Part shown: piece after piece, positions 1 to 9,885 of the stretch
Layout: the number at the start of each line of letters is the position of its first letter
Position numbering within the stretch: position 1 is the first letter of the stretch
Virus record (IMG/VR): IMGVR_UViG_3300037488_003551
Coordinates: 108,893-172,892 of that record
Strand: one strand, 5' to 3'
Source of the DNA: a virus
Length of the DNA: 64,000 nt
Program-made: the position numbers and the translations under genes
The notes under the pieces: generated by a model
Database searches by the model: none
The model's input: only the letters and a program-made list of their open reading frames with translations
What the model was told of the DNA's origin: nothing

Positions 1-12
1 TTTATAAATAAT

Positions 13-918
13 TTGTGGTTTGATGAGTATTCCTACGTAGATTCTATGTTTGAGATAGTACGTTGTAATAGGGTAGAGCTTATTCGCGTAGCATTGGCTG
101 ATTTACTTTTAGAGTCATGTGATTTTGTATCCATAGTTTCTTGTTATTCGGACCTAACTGAATCTAAATATTCTCTCTTCGAGCACGCACATGTAGAAAT
201 TTTTTATTCTGTTATTGATAGTACGGATTCCACTGGGTATGGTATTTATTTTAATGGAGAAGTTCTGTTAAGGTTATATTCCACTTGGATGGGTAATCAG
301 ATTACAGGATATTGGTTAGGGGCAAGTTCTCATATTTGGTTGTACGAAGGCGTCTATTTAGAAAATATTACTGACGGTATACTCCTATTTGATTCTACTT
401 TTCACTACGAAAACGGTGGAGTAAATGCAATACGTTTTGATACTGTAACGAAGGCTTTTAGTGGTTCTGGAGATATTATCGTATCTCAGGGACCAGAATT
501 TTTAGGATGGGACGTAACACAAGATATTGCCTTTTCGGCTGTAGACACTGGAACATTTGCGGAGTTAGATGCAGGTACTTTATCTAGTAGGGGTAATATC
601 TCAATTACTTATTTGGATGCTGATTATAGAGCGGTAGTGCTTCCAGAATACGACAACACGACCTCGGGCCTGGCGGCCACACGCTACCAGACCGCCATCG
701 ACGAGCTCGCCAACCGGGTTATTGTCGCGGACGAGACCTACTACGTTGACGGCACGAGCGGTGACGATGCTGCTGACGGGCTCGGATGGGGCACGGCGAA
801 GAAGACCTTCGCGTTCCTGCGCACGGCCTATGGCGAGGTGCGTCCGCTCGTGACCTTCCGCGTGTACGCGCGAGGGACGGTGCTTTCCGTAGACAACGTG
901 GGGCATCTTATGCCTTGA
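13..918 (+). CDS. Probable tail fibre/tailspike-associated protein, likely 5'-partial
   Basis: ORF runs from the window edge. The C-terminus has a 'TYYVDGTSGDDAADGLGWGTAKKT' motif typical of beta-helix entry segments, and a tailspike is adjacent. Confidence 0.45.
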   Translation: MWFDEYSYVDSMFEIVRCNRVELIRVALADLLLESCDFVSIVSCYSDLTESKYSLFEHAHVEIFYSVIDSTDSTGYGIYFNGEVLLRLYSTWMGNQITGYWLGASSHIWLYEGVYLENITDGILLFDSTFHYENGGVNAIRFDTVTKAFSGSGDIIVSQGPEFLGWDVTQDIAFSAVDTGTFAELDAGTLSSRGNISITYLDADYRAVVLPEYDNTTSGLAATRYQTAIDELANRVIVADETYYVDGTSGDDAADGLGWGTAKKTFAFLRTAYGEVRPLVTFRVYARGTVLSVDNVGHLMP

Positions 919-3308
919 CTGAGGCGACTTCAGCTGTAAACCGTTTCTTTAATTTCTTTATATACGGTACGGCTGACATGCATACGCCTGTGTACTGTTT
1001 TGCGGAAACCGTAACATCAACGGTTGCGACTAATAACGGATATAATAATGCGACAGCTGCGCGTGCGATTCCATTTCCGGCTCTTTCCGCTTTCAATTTA
1101 TCTCCAGAACTTAAGCCTTTATACCGTTTAATTGTGCGCGCAGACGGGCAGGTTCAGGCCATTACAAGTGCGGATGATTATCGTTTGGTATCGTCATTGC
1201 CCCTATCTGCGGGTATTACAGGTACTACGGCTTCTTCTGTCTCGTTCACGCCCGCGGGGGATATAGCTTCTTCAAACGTGCAGCTTGCGCTCGAGGAGCT
1301 CGACGCGGAGAAGGCTGCTCTTTCAGCTATTCCTGCGTTCGAGGCCTCTACGGCGAACATTCTCATGGACGGTACGGTCAGCGTGGGCGACACAACAGTC
1401 GTCCCTAGGTCGAACCACCGACATCCTACGGATACGACGCGCCTCGCGGCCACGCGCGGCAATTGGAAAGCTTTTCACAGTAATGGATCGGGTGTGTTTT
1501 CTGAAATAGCGCTCGGCGCAGCTGGCACAGTGCTCAAGGGCAATGGAGTTGCAGCGGCACCTTCTTTTGGTGCTGTGGGTGCGGTGTTCCCCGTTTTCAA
1601 CGTTAAAGACTACGGCGCGATTGGTAACGGGGTGGCGGATGATACGACGGCAATTCGCAATACACTCACTGCGGTGGGGGCGTCGGGTGAGCGTGGTTCG
1701 ACTGTTTATTTCCCCGGTGGCATTTATGTGACCACAGGTACTATCACGGTGAACGACACCGCGTTGACCTTCCGTGGCCCAGGTATGGGCGCGGCCTTGA
1801 TCAACCCGACGAGCACGAACATTCCGGTCTTCCAGCTCACGGCCGGCAACGAGTTCATCACGTTCCGCGATCTGGATATTGGAACCATCACAGCACAGGT
1901 CGCGGGCTCGAGCTTCATCGACACCAACGGCGCGCATAACGTGCTGATCGACCGCGTCAATATGTTCGGCTGGTTCTATGGCATCTACATCCGCGGCGCG
2001 TCCGGCAAGGTCACTGTGAGCAACGTTCAGCTCAAGGACGGCGTGGCGACTACCGGGGTGGGCGTCTACATCGACAACAGCACGGCGACGGACGTGAACC
2101 TTGGCCCGTGGGTCATGGTGACAAACGCGACCGGCGCAAAGCCTTTGGCGGGGGTCCTGATCAAGGCCTGCGGCGGGTTCAGCCTGAACAACGTCACGGT
2201 TAATAACACGACGCATGGCATTCAACTTTATCCAAGCAGTGGCGCCTTAGTGCAATACGGGCGTATAACGGACTGCGTCTTCGACCTTACTGGGACAAAT
2301 GGTGCCTACATTTACACGCCGACACAGGCGTCTCCAGGTCAGGTGCGCAGCATCAAGTTCATCGGATGCTTATTCAGTAATGCCAATGTGGCTGGCATCG
2401 GCTACGGCGTCACGTTGGAAGGCGCGAGTAATGGCGTGATGGATGATGTGTCGTTTGATTCCTGCCGCATCTTTGGGAACGGCCGGCACGGCATCAACTA
2501 TCTATTCGGCAGCAACATCCGCGTCAATGGCTCGACGATCTCGGGCAATTCGGCTGCGTCTTCTAATACATATGATGGTATCTCTGTTGCGGCTAATCTT
2601 TCAGACTTTGAAATCTTAAGTAATCGCATTGGCCAGTCGGGACCAGCTGCTAATACGCAACGTTATGCGGTCAATATTGCCGCGGGCACCTCGGACCGTT
2701 ATCAGATTGTGGGTAACGATGTCGGGTTGAACAATACTGCGCCGTACATCCTCGACGGCGGCACAGGCGTCTTCAAACGCATTCTGCAGAACGGCAACGC
2801 GATGCCAATCTCGCATATGCCCGCGCTGTCTGCGGCCGTGCAATCTCTTTCGGTTGCAGCCAATCTTTTAACGGGTTCTCGTATAAGTCTTCCAGTGAAC
2901 AGTTTGCTCGTGGGTACGCGGTTCTGTTGGGAGATCGTATTGACCAAGACGGCGGCGGGCACGGCGACGTGGGAACTCCAGGTGAAGTTTGGTGTCAATG
3001 GAACGACTGCAGACGCGGCCATCGCCTCGTGGACAAGCGGTACTAACACGGCGGCTATTGACCAGTGCCGCTTGCGAATTGTGTGCGACATCCTCACGCT
3101 GGGGGCCTCGGCTACGGCACGATGCAACGCGTTTTATTGTCAGACGTTGACGAGTGTGACCGGGCTCGGTCGTATTAATGGTGCGCCGAGCTCTACGGCA
3201 ACGTTCAACTCGGCATCGAGTCCGGCCTTTATTCACATCGGTGTGACGCCTGGCACGAGTGCTGTCATGACGTCGATGTGCGAAGCGCAGATTATCGGCG
3301 CTGGCTGA
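786..3308 (+). CDS. Tailspike/depolymerase with pectate-lyase-like right-handed beta-helix (true start uncertain)
   Basis: 'VFNVKDYGAIGNGVADDTTAI...TVYFPGGIY' pectate_lyase_3-type N-terminus followed by many G/N/I-rich beta-helix turns. Confidence 0.8.
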   Translation: MGHGEEDLRVPAHGLWRGASARDLPRVRARDGAFRRQRGASYALTEATSAVNRFFNFFIYGTADMHTPVYCFAETVTSTVATNNGYNNATAARAIPFPALSAFNLSPELKPLYRLIVRADGQVQAITSADDYRLVSSLPLSAGITGTTASSVSFTPAGDIASSNVQLALEELDAEKAALSAIPAFEASTANILMDGTVSVGDTTVVPRSNHRHPTDTTRLAATRGNWKAFHSNGSGVFSEIALGAAGTVLKGNGVAAAPSFGAVGAVFPVFNVKDYGAIGNGVADDTTAIRNTLTAVGASGERGSTVYFPGGIYVTTGTITVNDTALTFRGPGMGAALINPTSTNIPVFQLTAGNEFITFRDLDIGTITAQVAGSSFIDTNGAHNVLIDRVNMFGWFYGIYIRGASGKVTVSNVQLKDGVATTGVGVYIDNSTATDVNLGPWVMVTNATGAKPLAGVLIKACGGFSLNNVTVNNTTHGIQLYPSSGALVQYGRITDCVFDLTGTNGAYIYTPTQASPGQVRSIKFIGCLFSNANVAGIGYGVTLEGASNGVMDDVSFDSCRIFGNGRHGINYLFGSNIRVNGSTISGNSAASSNTYDGISVAANLSDFEILSNRIGQSGPAANTQRYAVNIAAGTSDRYQIVGNDVGLNNTAPYILDGGTGVFKRILQNGNAMPISHMPALSAAVQSLSVAANLLTGSRISLPVNSLLVGTRFCWEIVLTKTAAGTATWELQVKFGVNGTTADAAIASWTSGTNTAAIDQCRLRIVCDILTLGASATARCNAFYCQTLTSVTGLGRINGAPSSTATFNSASSPAFIHIGVTPGTSAVMTSMCEAQIIGAG

Positions 3309-3363
3309 TCCTATAAAGCTGGAGATTAGATGGGGGGATGGGGGAGTTAGAGGAGAACTAACT

Positions 3364-5196
3364 TCAGATTTGGCGTCCGATTACGAACACATCAATTTCG
3401 AGTGTGCCCGCGCCGGTCTCGGCGGTCTCCACGTTGACGTACAGCGTGGCGTTGCCAGCCACGGGGACTGCGTGTGCGGGGAGAGGGAACATGCGTGCGG
3501 TATCGACAGCACCGATGCTTGTGAGGGCGATGGCGGCTGCGATTTGCGCGCCGTCCGCGGCGGTACCGATGTTGATGGTTCCATCGGCATTGACTGCGCC
3601 TACGTTCACCGAGCTCTTGATCATGACGTGCGTGGCGAGGAAGCGTTTTCCTACCAGACCGTTCAGAGCTCCGCTGTGCTCGTGTTCATCGGTCTTCATG
3701 TCGAGACCAGTGACGCTCATGAAGACGTGGTCGTCTGCGATGGCGGCCAAGGTGGTCGCTTGAGCTGCCGTCATGAAGCCCGAGCTCACGCCCGCGACCA
3801 CGTCGGAATGCAGTGTCCCACCGAGCTGATTCCCGTGCGCGTGCACGTGATCATCGGGAGAGGGAACGATGCTTGTTCCGGCTGCTGCGACACCAACGGC
3901 GGCGGCAGTGGCCGCGGAAGCAACGGGCACTGCTCTGGCGAGGGTTTTCCAGCGACCTACCGCGACGCACTGGAATGTCACGCTGGCGTAGTTCTTATTG
4001 ATGGCGATGGGAGCGTTCACACCATCGATGGTGTCCGTTGCGTTCGGTGTGATGGTAATGGCATTGGCGCCAGCTCCACCTGTGACGTCGCTGACGGTGA
4101 TTTTTCGTCCAGCCATAATGGCGGTCGCGGCCGGAAGTGCCATCGCAGAGGGGCCAGCGATGGTTGCGGTGTCGACGAAGTTCACTGAGTCGCCCGCGGG
4201 AACCACGATGGGAGTGACGGATGCAACCTGAACGGTTTCTTTGTCCCCGAGGGTTGCCCAGGTGGCGCCGGTCCAGACGATGACATCGCCGGCTTGGAAG
4301 GTGAGGCCGGTGTTGGTGTAGGTCGCGCCTGCGTTGTCGACGGTGTAGGCGGTGACCCGATAGGTGTAACCGCGCTTGACGAGAGCGACGAGGGGGAAGT
4401 CTGTTGAGAGGGCAATGGTTCCCATCTCGAGCATGGCGTTTGCGTTGCTGAGAACGACCCAGCCCGAGGTGCGCCAGACGATCATGTCGCCGAGGAGGAA
4501 AGCTTGTCCGGTATTCGTCTTGGTGGCGTCGTTGTCGGTGACTGCCGCGGTGCAGTAATAGGCGTAGCCGTCACGAACGCCTGTGGTGGCGGTAGCGACT
4601 GGGGGTGGGAAGTCCGAGGCGATTGCGATGCTGCCCTTGAGTTGGAAGGGTCCGGTGAGTGTTTTGCCTAGGCGTACCCAGGTAGAACCATCCCACACGA
4701 TTTCTTCGCTAGGCGTAAAAACAAGACCTGTATTCGTGTAGGTCGCGCCCGCGTTGTCCGTCACGTCTGCGGTGATGGTGTAGAGCCATCCGGACAGAAC
4801 GTTGGCGATAAGTGGAAAGCTGGTGTTTACAGCGATAGAGCCCTTATAGAGGAAGGGACTGGGCATCGCTGTAATTGAGAGCTGCAGCGCCGTGATGTCT
4901 TTTCGGAAAGAATTGAGCAGTGCCCAATCCGACCGATTGTAAGTCGTGTTGGGACCAGAGGTGCTGTCTGTTCCGGTTGGAGTCACCTCGATAAGCGCGA
5001 CGGTGCAGAGACCAGCCGCTCGATAGGCCTCGATTTTGGTGCTGATTCGATGCCAGATATCCCAGTCGCACGTGAAGGTCTTCGACCCGTTTGCGGGGAC
5101 GGTCTTAGAGAAGATTCCGTGAACGGGATGAGGGTCCTGAATAACCAGTGGACCGCCCAGGGAAGTAATGGTAACGGATAACTGCATGCGTTTCAT
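3364..5196 (-). CDS. Virion fibre/decoration-like protein with three tandem ~63-70 aa repeats
   Basis: Three copies of 'G(S/T)IA...FP....GY.Y...A.VTDN....TNTG..F..G..IVW...W..L' in a T/A/G/V-rich protein. Confidence 0.6.
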   Translation of the reverse strand: MKRMQLSVTITSLGGPLVIQDPHPVHGIFSKTVPANGSKTFTCDWDIWHRISTKIEAYRAAGLCTVALIEVTPTGTDSTSGPNTTYNRSDWALLNSFRKDITALQLSITAMPSPFLYKGSIAVNTSFPLIANVLSGWLYTITADVTDNAGATYTNTGLVFTPSEEIVWDGSTWVRLGKTLTGPFQLKGSIAIASDFPPPVATATTGVRDGYAYYCTAAVTDNDATKTNTGQAFLLGDMIVWRTSGWVVLSNANAMLEMGTIALSTDFPLVALVKRGYTYRVTAYTVDNAGATYTNTGLTFQAGDVIVWTGATWATLGDKETVQVASVTPIVVPAGDSVNFVDTATIAGPSAMALPAATAIMAGRKITVSDVTGGAGANAITITPNATDTIDGVNAPIAINKNYASVTFQCVAVGRWKTLARAVPVASAATAAAVGVAAAGTSIVPSPDDHVHAHGNQLGGTLHSDVVAGVSSGFMTAAQATTLAAIADDHVFMSVTGLDMKTDEHEHSGALNGLVGKRFLATHVMIKSSVNVGAVNADGTINIGTAADGAQIAAAIALTSIGAVDTARMFPLPAHAVPVAGNATLYVNVETAETGAGTLEIDVFVIGRQI

Positions 5197-5282
5197 CCTT
5201 TGTTGCAGGGGCGGCCATTGGCCCCACCTTGTTGCTTCATTCCTCCAAAATATACTATCATTTGCAAGAAGCGAGGTGTCAT

Positions 5283-5858
5283 ATGCGAGTTACCTATGCG
5301 GGCGAAGCAGTAGTTGACCAATTTTCGGTGTGGAATGAAGCTGGAACTGCCAAAGTCTCTGGGCTCGTGACTTTTACGAAGCTCTCCTGGAAAAATGCAG
5401 TATCGCAGGTGATGACAATTGCCATTACGGAAATTGGAACTACTCCGGGCGAGTACATGATGGTTTTTACGCCTCCTTCAACGGGTTTCTGGAAAGTGGA
5501 GGTGACCGAGCCTTCATCTGGAGACGTTTTTACGAGTTTTTACGATGTGCAGTTGCGACCATATCGTTTGAGGATGTCCGCAGTCGATAATCGCACAAAC
5601 GTCCGTTTCGCTATTTGGGCTGAAAATGAAGATGGTACACGTGCGAATGGATTCACGACGGTCAGCGCCTCTATCCTCGAACCAGACGGTACGCTAGTGG
5701 ATAATATGGGGTCTGCGACTCCTACGAGTGACGGTGTATCTATATTCCTAGCGGATAGCACGGACGTGCCCTCGGGCGCGGAGTATATCGTCAAGGTTAT
5801 TGGTACGCAGGGAGCTCTAACCTGGACGTATAACATCGGTTTTGCGAAGGTAGCATAG
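5283..5858 (+). CDS. Hypothetical beta-rich (Ig-like?) virion protein
   Basis: ATG at 5283 after a GAGG RBS; beta-strand-rich composition. Confidence 0.5.
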   Translation: MRVTYAGEAVVDQFSVWNEAGTAKVSGLVTFTKLSWKNAVSQVMTIAITEIGTTPGEYMMVFTPPSTGFWKVEVTEPSSGDVFTSFYDVQLRPYRLRMSAVDNRTNVRFAIWAENEDGTRANGFTTVSASILEPDGTLVDNMGSATPTSDGVSIFLADSTDVPSGAEYIVKVIGTQGALTWTYNIGFAKVA

Positions 5859-5866
5859 AAGGGCAA

Positions 5867-6046
5867 ATGCCCAAATTCCTAACAGCCCAGCAGCTATTTG
5901 AAGTCCTCCGAGTTCTTCCGGAAGAAGACCGCAAGCGGATGCGTGTCGTTGTCTCGGACGTAAACGATGAGCGGTCGGAAATTGATGATTATTTTCTTTG
6001 TATAAACCGAATTATTTTACACGTAAAACATTCTTTTAACAGCTAG
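5867..6046 (+). CDS. Small hypothetical protein (59 aa, not in the ORF track)
   Basis: ATG at 5867 after GAAGGG; reads MPKFLTAQQLFEVLRVLPEEDRKRMRVVVSD... to TAG at 6044-6046. Confidence 0.4.
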   Translation: MPKFLTAQQLFEVLRVLPEEDRKRMRVVVSDVNDERSEIDDYFLCINRIILHVKHSFNS

Positions 6047-6130
6047 AAAATTCCCTTTAAATCGTGGTACAAGAAGACGATCCACAAGGTGTGGTTCATT
6101 GATTTTTTGTTATCCCATCAAGGAGGGAAG

Positions 6131-7099
6131 ATGACGCTTCGCATCCTGCACCACAACGATCCGGATGGTTATGCTTCGGCTTATATTGTTTTTGATTTTG
6201 CTCTGAAATCTGAGCTCGTGAATCTTGTTTCCGAGATTAAATTCCATTCGATGGCTTATGGGCAGCCTGTTCCGGTTGAGATTGATTATTCTCAAGACCG
6301 TGTAATCATGGTCGATTTTTCCCTGCAGCCACTCCGTGCCATGGAAGAATTCGCGGCTCGATTTCCAGTAGGGCAATTCATTTGGATTGACCATCACCAG
6401 ACCTCGATTGACATGGAAGAGCTTTCTTCTTTTGGGTTGAAAGACATCCCAGGCATACGAGAGGTTTCGGATAAGAAGGGCAGACCTACCGCAGCCTGTG
6501 AGCTCACGTGGCAGTTCTTTTTTCCAGGAGAAGATTTGCCTCCAGGAATCGAAATGCTAGGGGGATGGGATACTTGGAGATACGTCAAAGAGGAAGATTC
6601 TCGTTCCAAGTTCTTTATCCAGTACTGCAATTCTATAAACTGCACACCGTATTCACAAGAAGGTCAAACATTTTGGGAGAATATTTTACTCGCTAACGAC
6701 AACCCTCACGATTGGCTTTATGAGAATGTTTTAAGGGAAGGTGAGGCTATTGACCGTTTTCGTACGAATGACAACGTGAAGCGCATCAAGGGCTCGGGTT
6801 TTGCAGGAAAGTTTGGTGGGTACTCAGCTATCATGGTAAACGACGCGGGAGGGTCTCTTCTTTTCGAAGGGTTCAAGCCGGCGCCGTCTGAAGTGGATTT
6901 GATGGTGGCGTTCAAGTTCACAAAGAACGGGTATTTCACTGTGAGCTTGTACAGCGTGCAGGAGCACATCGACTGTGGAGCCATCGCGAAGAAGCTCGGG
7001 GAAGCGGGTCCTATCCCTTCTGGTGGTGGTCACAAGGGCGCGGCTGGGTTTCAGTGTAATTGGTCGTATTTAGAGTCTATCATCGAAAGGAATGTGTGA
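6131..7099 (+). CDS. DHH/DHHA1-family phosphoesterase
   Basis: Motifs HHNDPDG, MVDFS, WIDHH and GGGHKGAAG; AGGAGG RBS before ATG 6131. Confidence 0.9.
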   Translation: MTLRILHHNDPDGYASAYIVFDFALKSELVNLVSEIKFHSMAYGQPVPVEIDYSQDRVIMVDFSLQPLRAMEEFAARFPVGQFIWIDHHQTSIDMEELSSFGLKDIPGIREVSDKKGRPTAACELTWQFFFPGEDLPPGIEMLGGWDTWRYVKEEDSRSKFFIQYCNSINCTPYSQEGQTFWENILLANDNPHDWLYENVLREGEAIDRFRTNDNVKRIKGSGFAGKFGGYSAIMVNDAGGSLLFEGFKPAPSEVDLMVAFKFTKNGYFTVSLYSVQEHIDCGAIAKKLGEAGPIPSGGGHKGAAGFQCNWSYLESIIERNV

Positions 7100-7101
7100 G
7101 G

Positions 7102-7449
7102 ATGTCAAGAGTTAAGATTAAACCAAAAGCATCAGTACGTAGTGTGACGCGCGACGCCGAGAAGTACCTCGAGGAGCTCCAGGGGATTAACGAGCGCCTG
7201 AAACAGGCTAACAACCAGCTCGCGCAAGCGCACGTGGCCATGCACGGGTGGGTGAAGGTCTTGGAGGAGCGAGTGGTGAAGCTAGAGGCGCACCTGGGCC
7301 TCCTTCCGAAGCCGGAAGTTCTTGCTGAGCCAGTTGCGGGTGAGGCTCTTGAAGGGCCACGCGTAGAAGTAAGCGCGCCCGGAGAGACCCTGGACGTAGT
7401 CCTCTATACACCCGGCATAATCCAAACCCAGGCCGTCGATAGCCAGTAG
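7102..7449 (+). CDS. Hypothetical coiled-coil protein
   Basis: ATG just after the DHH stop with a GAGG RBS; heptad-like segment. Confidence 0.5.
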   Translation: MSRVKIKPKASVRSVTRDAEKYLEELQGINERLKQANNQLAQAHVAMHGWVKVLEERVVKLEAHLGLLPKPEVLAEPVAGEALEGPRVEVSAPGETLDVVLYTPGIIQTQAVDSQ

Positions 7450-7821
7450 TTCTTCGAGAACGGCATTTCTTTCTACGCGATATCTCCCGTAAGCAAAGAG
7501 GATGGGGAAGGGAAGAAAGAGGTAGATAATTAATCCAAATACGAGGCCGAAGCGTTTGAAGAACTTTAGGTGTTCGGCCTCGTGTTTGAGCGTAACATAG
7601 GTAGTTTCCAGAGGTGTTTCGTTGTAATCCCAATTGCTAGGCATGTAGATGAGTTTACCTAGAGTGCTTGCACGTTTTAAAAAGTTATTATCACTGCTAG
7701 AGGTTAGGTCATTCCAGATATCGTTTATAACGTGGCACCAACCATTTATATTTTTCTTTCGTACGACGCCTGCATCGATGAGCTTGTCACAAAAATTACG
7801 CATAACTTCTTTGGAGACCAT
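7282..7821 (-). CDS. Membrane protein with HExxH motif (putative zincin metallopeptidase)
   Basis: 'LKHEAEHL', then hydrophobic 'FGLVFGLIIYLFLPFPILFAY' and a downstream Glu in 'RVERNA'. Confidence 0.6.
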   Translation of the reverse strand: MVSKEVMRNFCDKLIDAGVVRKKNINGWCHVINDIWNDLTSSSDNNFLKRASTLGKLIYMPSNWDYNETPLETTYVTLKHEAEHLKFFKRFGLVFGLIIYLFLPFPILFAYGRYRVERNAVLEELLAIDGLGLDYAGCIEDYVQGLSGRAYFYAWPFKSLTRNWLSKNFRLRKEAQVRL

Positions 7822-7971
7822 TCCGAGCTCCTTTTGAACGTGATAGGGTGCCGTGTGTAAAGTTTAGGACGAATAGGAGATGTGTCGATGTTTGGGAAGA
7901 GTGGGACGACCTATGAAGCTACTTTTGATGTGGTAAATCCGCAATTCTGAATGAATTAATTCGGGAGGCCT

Positions 7972-8460
7972 TTGGAAATGTCAAAGATGAGCCCAAGAAT
8001 GAGCCGCATAATGGAGGACCGTATGTTGAAAAAGATATACCTAACGGATAGTTTACAGCTACAAAATATTGTTAAGCCTGCAGACGGGCAAGAGGCGGTC
8101 ATGTATATCGTGAGTTCAATAACGGGTGCTTTTGCCTGTAGCTTGTTAGGTGCGGTGGTATGGGATTCGCATATACATGCTCCTGAAATCGCGACGGTTA
8201 TTTCTACCGTTTCGAAACAGAATGTCTCGTCGAGAAAGAAACCCCTTCCTCTTCTCAAAGAAGGTGAAGGATATTTATCCGTTACAGCTAAACCCGAGTC
8301 GGACCCGGAGGCTCCATTGGAAGTGGACTGGCATTTAGTCGTACTGGCCTACGCGGAGATGCCCGACAGCAAGACTGAGGAAGAAGATGAAGAGTCCTTA
8401 TTGGATTGTTCGTCGTGTGAGAGCGCGTCTCGGTGTTTTAAGTCGGATATTGAGGCGTAG
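7972..8460 (+). CDS. Hypothetical protein with acidic, CxxC-containing C-terminus
   Basis: ORF with a GGAGG RBS; ends 'CSSCESASRC'. Confidence 0.5.
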   Translation: MEMSKMSPRMSRIMEDRMLKKIYLTDSLQLQNIVKPADGQEAVMYIVSSITGAFACSLLGAVVWDSHIHAPEIATVISTVSKQNVSSRKKPLPLLKEGEGYLSVTAKPESDPEAPLEVDWHLVVLAYAEMPDSKTEEEDEESLLDCSSCESASRCFKSDIEA

Positions 8461-8484
8461 AAAGGTTGGCACAAGTATCTTTAG

Positions 8485-8847
8485 CTAAATTCCAGGAGTC
8501 TCTTCTTTTTTAGGAGAGGCTTCTTTTTTGCCCAGGCCGATATCTCTCAGCATCTGCGTCTTCAGTTCGTCCGTGATATTTCCTCCGAGGAGCGCCATCC
8601 CGCGCGTGTAGATGTCTTGCTTGGCCTGCGTCGAGTTGAAGGCCAGGGCGATGGAGGCCATCGAGAAAATGGTCACGACGAGGACGGCGGCGTGTGCCCA
8701 TTCGAGCGTGCGCGTGACGTAGAGGATGTAGATGATGATAGCGAAAAAAAAGATTTCCATGAGCAAGAAAGCGAGGAACTTCTTGCTACGGTGCCAGGCC
8801 TTCTCGAGTACGTCGAGAATAGATTTGGTTTCATGGGGTGACATCAA
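8485..8847 (-). CDS. Two-TM membrane protein, holin-like
   Basis: Two hydrophobic helices and a charged C-terminus; 120 aa. Confidence 0.45.
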   Translation of the reverse strand: MMSPHETKSILDVLEKAWHRSKKFLAFLLMEIFFFAIIIYILYVTRTLEWAHAAVLVVTIFSMASIALAFNSTQAKQDIYTRGMALLGGNITDELKTQMLRDIGLGKKEASPKKEETPGI

Positions 8848-9464
8848 ACACCTCGTATTGTTTTCTCTTCTTGTGATTTAGGCGCCAGGAGGTCCTTGAG
8901 GCTATTCACGGGAATGCACTCGGCGCACTTGGGTTCGATGAGCTCGATGCTCTCTTCCTTCTCATTTAGCCGATAGGAGCGCTCCTTGAGGTTCAGGCCG
9001 TACTTGACCGCGGCCTTTTGGAAGCGGTCGTGCTCGAGCTGGTTGTAGTTCAGCTCTAGCTGCTGGAGCTGCGCGCTCAGACTTGATGCTTCGAGAGCCA
9101 TGCCCTCGAGCTGTTGTGTCATGGCCACGAGCTCTTCATCGTCCTGGAAGCGCACGGCTGTCCGGACGCTGAGGTTGTTCGAACAGTGGATGTCCGCCAT
9201 GATGCAGGCCTTCGTGCCGGCCGTGAGACGGTCTACCTCCTCCACGTTGCGCCTGTCGAGTTCCTGGCGCAGGGCAAGGTCCAGTTGCTTCGTGAGAGTA
9301 ACCATGGGGCAGCTGTGGAGCTGCTGAAGGATGGCGGTCCCCTCCTTGGTAGGAGGGAGCGGGTTGAGCTTGGTTCTGTCGATAGCAGTGCGCTTCTCCG
9401 GGGGCACGCGCTGCGCGTGATGGAGCTGTCCCAATTGCATGCGGCGTTCGAGGTCTGGGTGCAT
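8844..9464 (-). CDS. Hypothetical coiled-coil protein
   Basis: ORF overlaps the downstream gene by 4 nt. Confidence 0.55.
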   Translation of the reverse strand: MHPDLERRMQLGQLHHAQRVPPEKRTAIDRTKLNPLPPTKEGTAILQQLHSCPMVTLTKQLDLALRQELDRRNVEEVDRLTAGTKACIMADIHCSNNLSVRTAVRFQDDEELVAMTQQLEGMALEASSLSAQLQQLELNYNQLEHDRFQKAAVKYGLNLKERSYRLNEKEESIELIEPKCAECIPVNSLKDLLAPKSQEEKTIRGV

Positions 9465-9477
9465 TTGAAAATCCTTT

Positions 9478-9885
9478 CTAATCTCGGTTTTTTAGAGTTG
9501 CCATTCGGTACATCATGATTCGGTTGGGACAGGAAAAGGCAGACTGCGTGTCGATTACGCAAAAGTTTTTATTGAGAGATATGTTAGAGGGAGATGTATG
9601 TGTCGTAGCTGTCTTAAATCCAAAGCCTTCGTAAAAGACTACTGCGTCTAGTATCCAATCCTCAATAACGACACTTATTATCGTTGGGAGTGGTTCTACG
9701 CAGGTAATATCTACTAGTTGCCAATAATGTTGAGATGTCGGCATTCGCATGAGAGAGGCAGCGCGCCCAATTAACGTGCGATCCTCTCGGTGGATTAAAA
9801 TTCGCCTCTCAATCCCATCTGCGAGTTCATTTTCCTGTTTTTGAATGAGTCCGGGAATGGGCTCGAAAGGAAAATCATCATCCAT
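9478..9885 (-). CDS. Hypothetical protein
   Basis: ORF coupled to the dNMP kinase stop. Confidence 0.5.
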   Translation of the reverse strand: MDDDFPFEPIPGLIQKQENELADGIERRILIHREDRTLIGRAASLMRMPTSQHYWQLVDITCVEPLPTIISVVIEDWILDAVVFYEGFGFKTATTHTSPSNISLNKNFCVIDTQSAFSCPNRIMMYRMATLKNRD

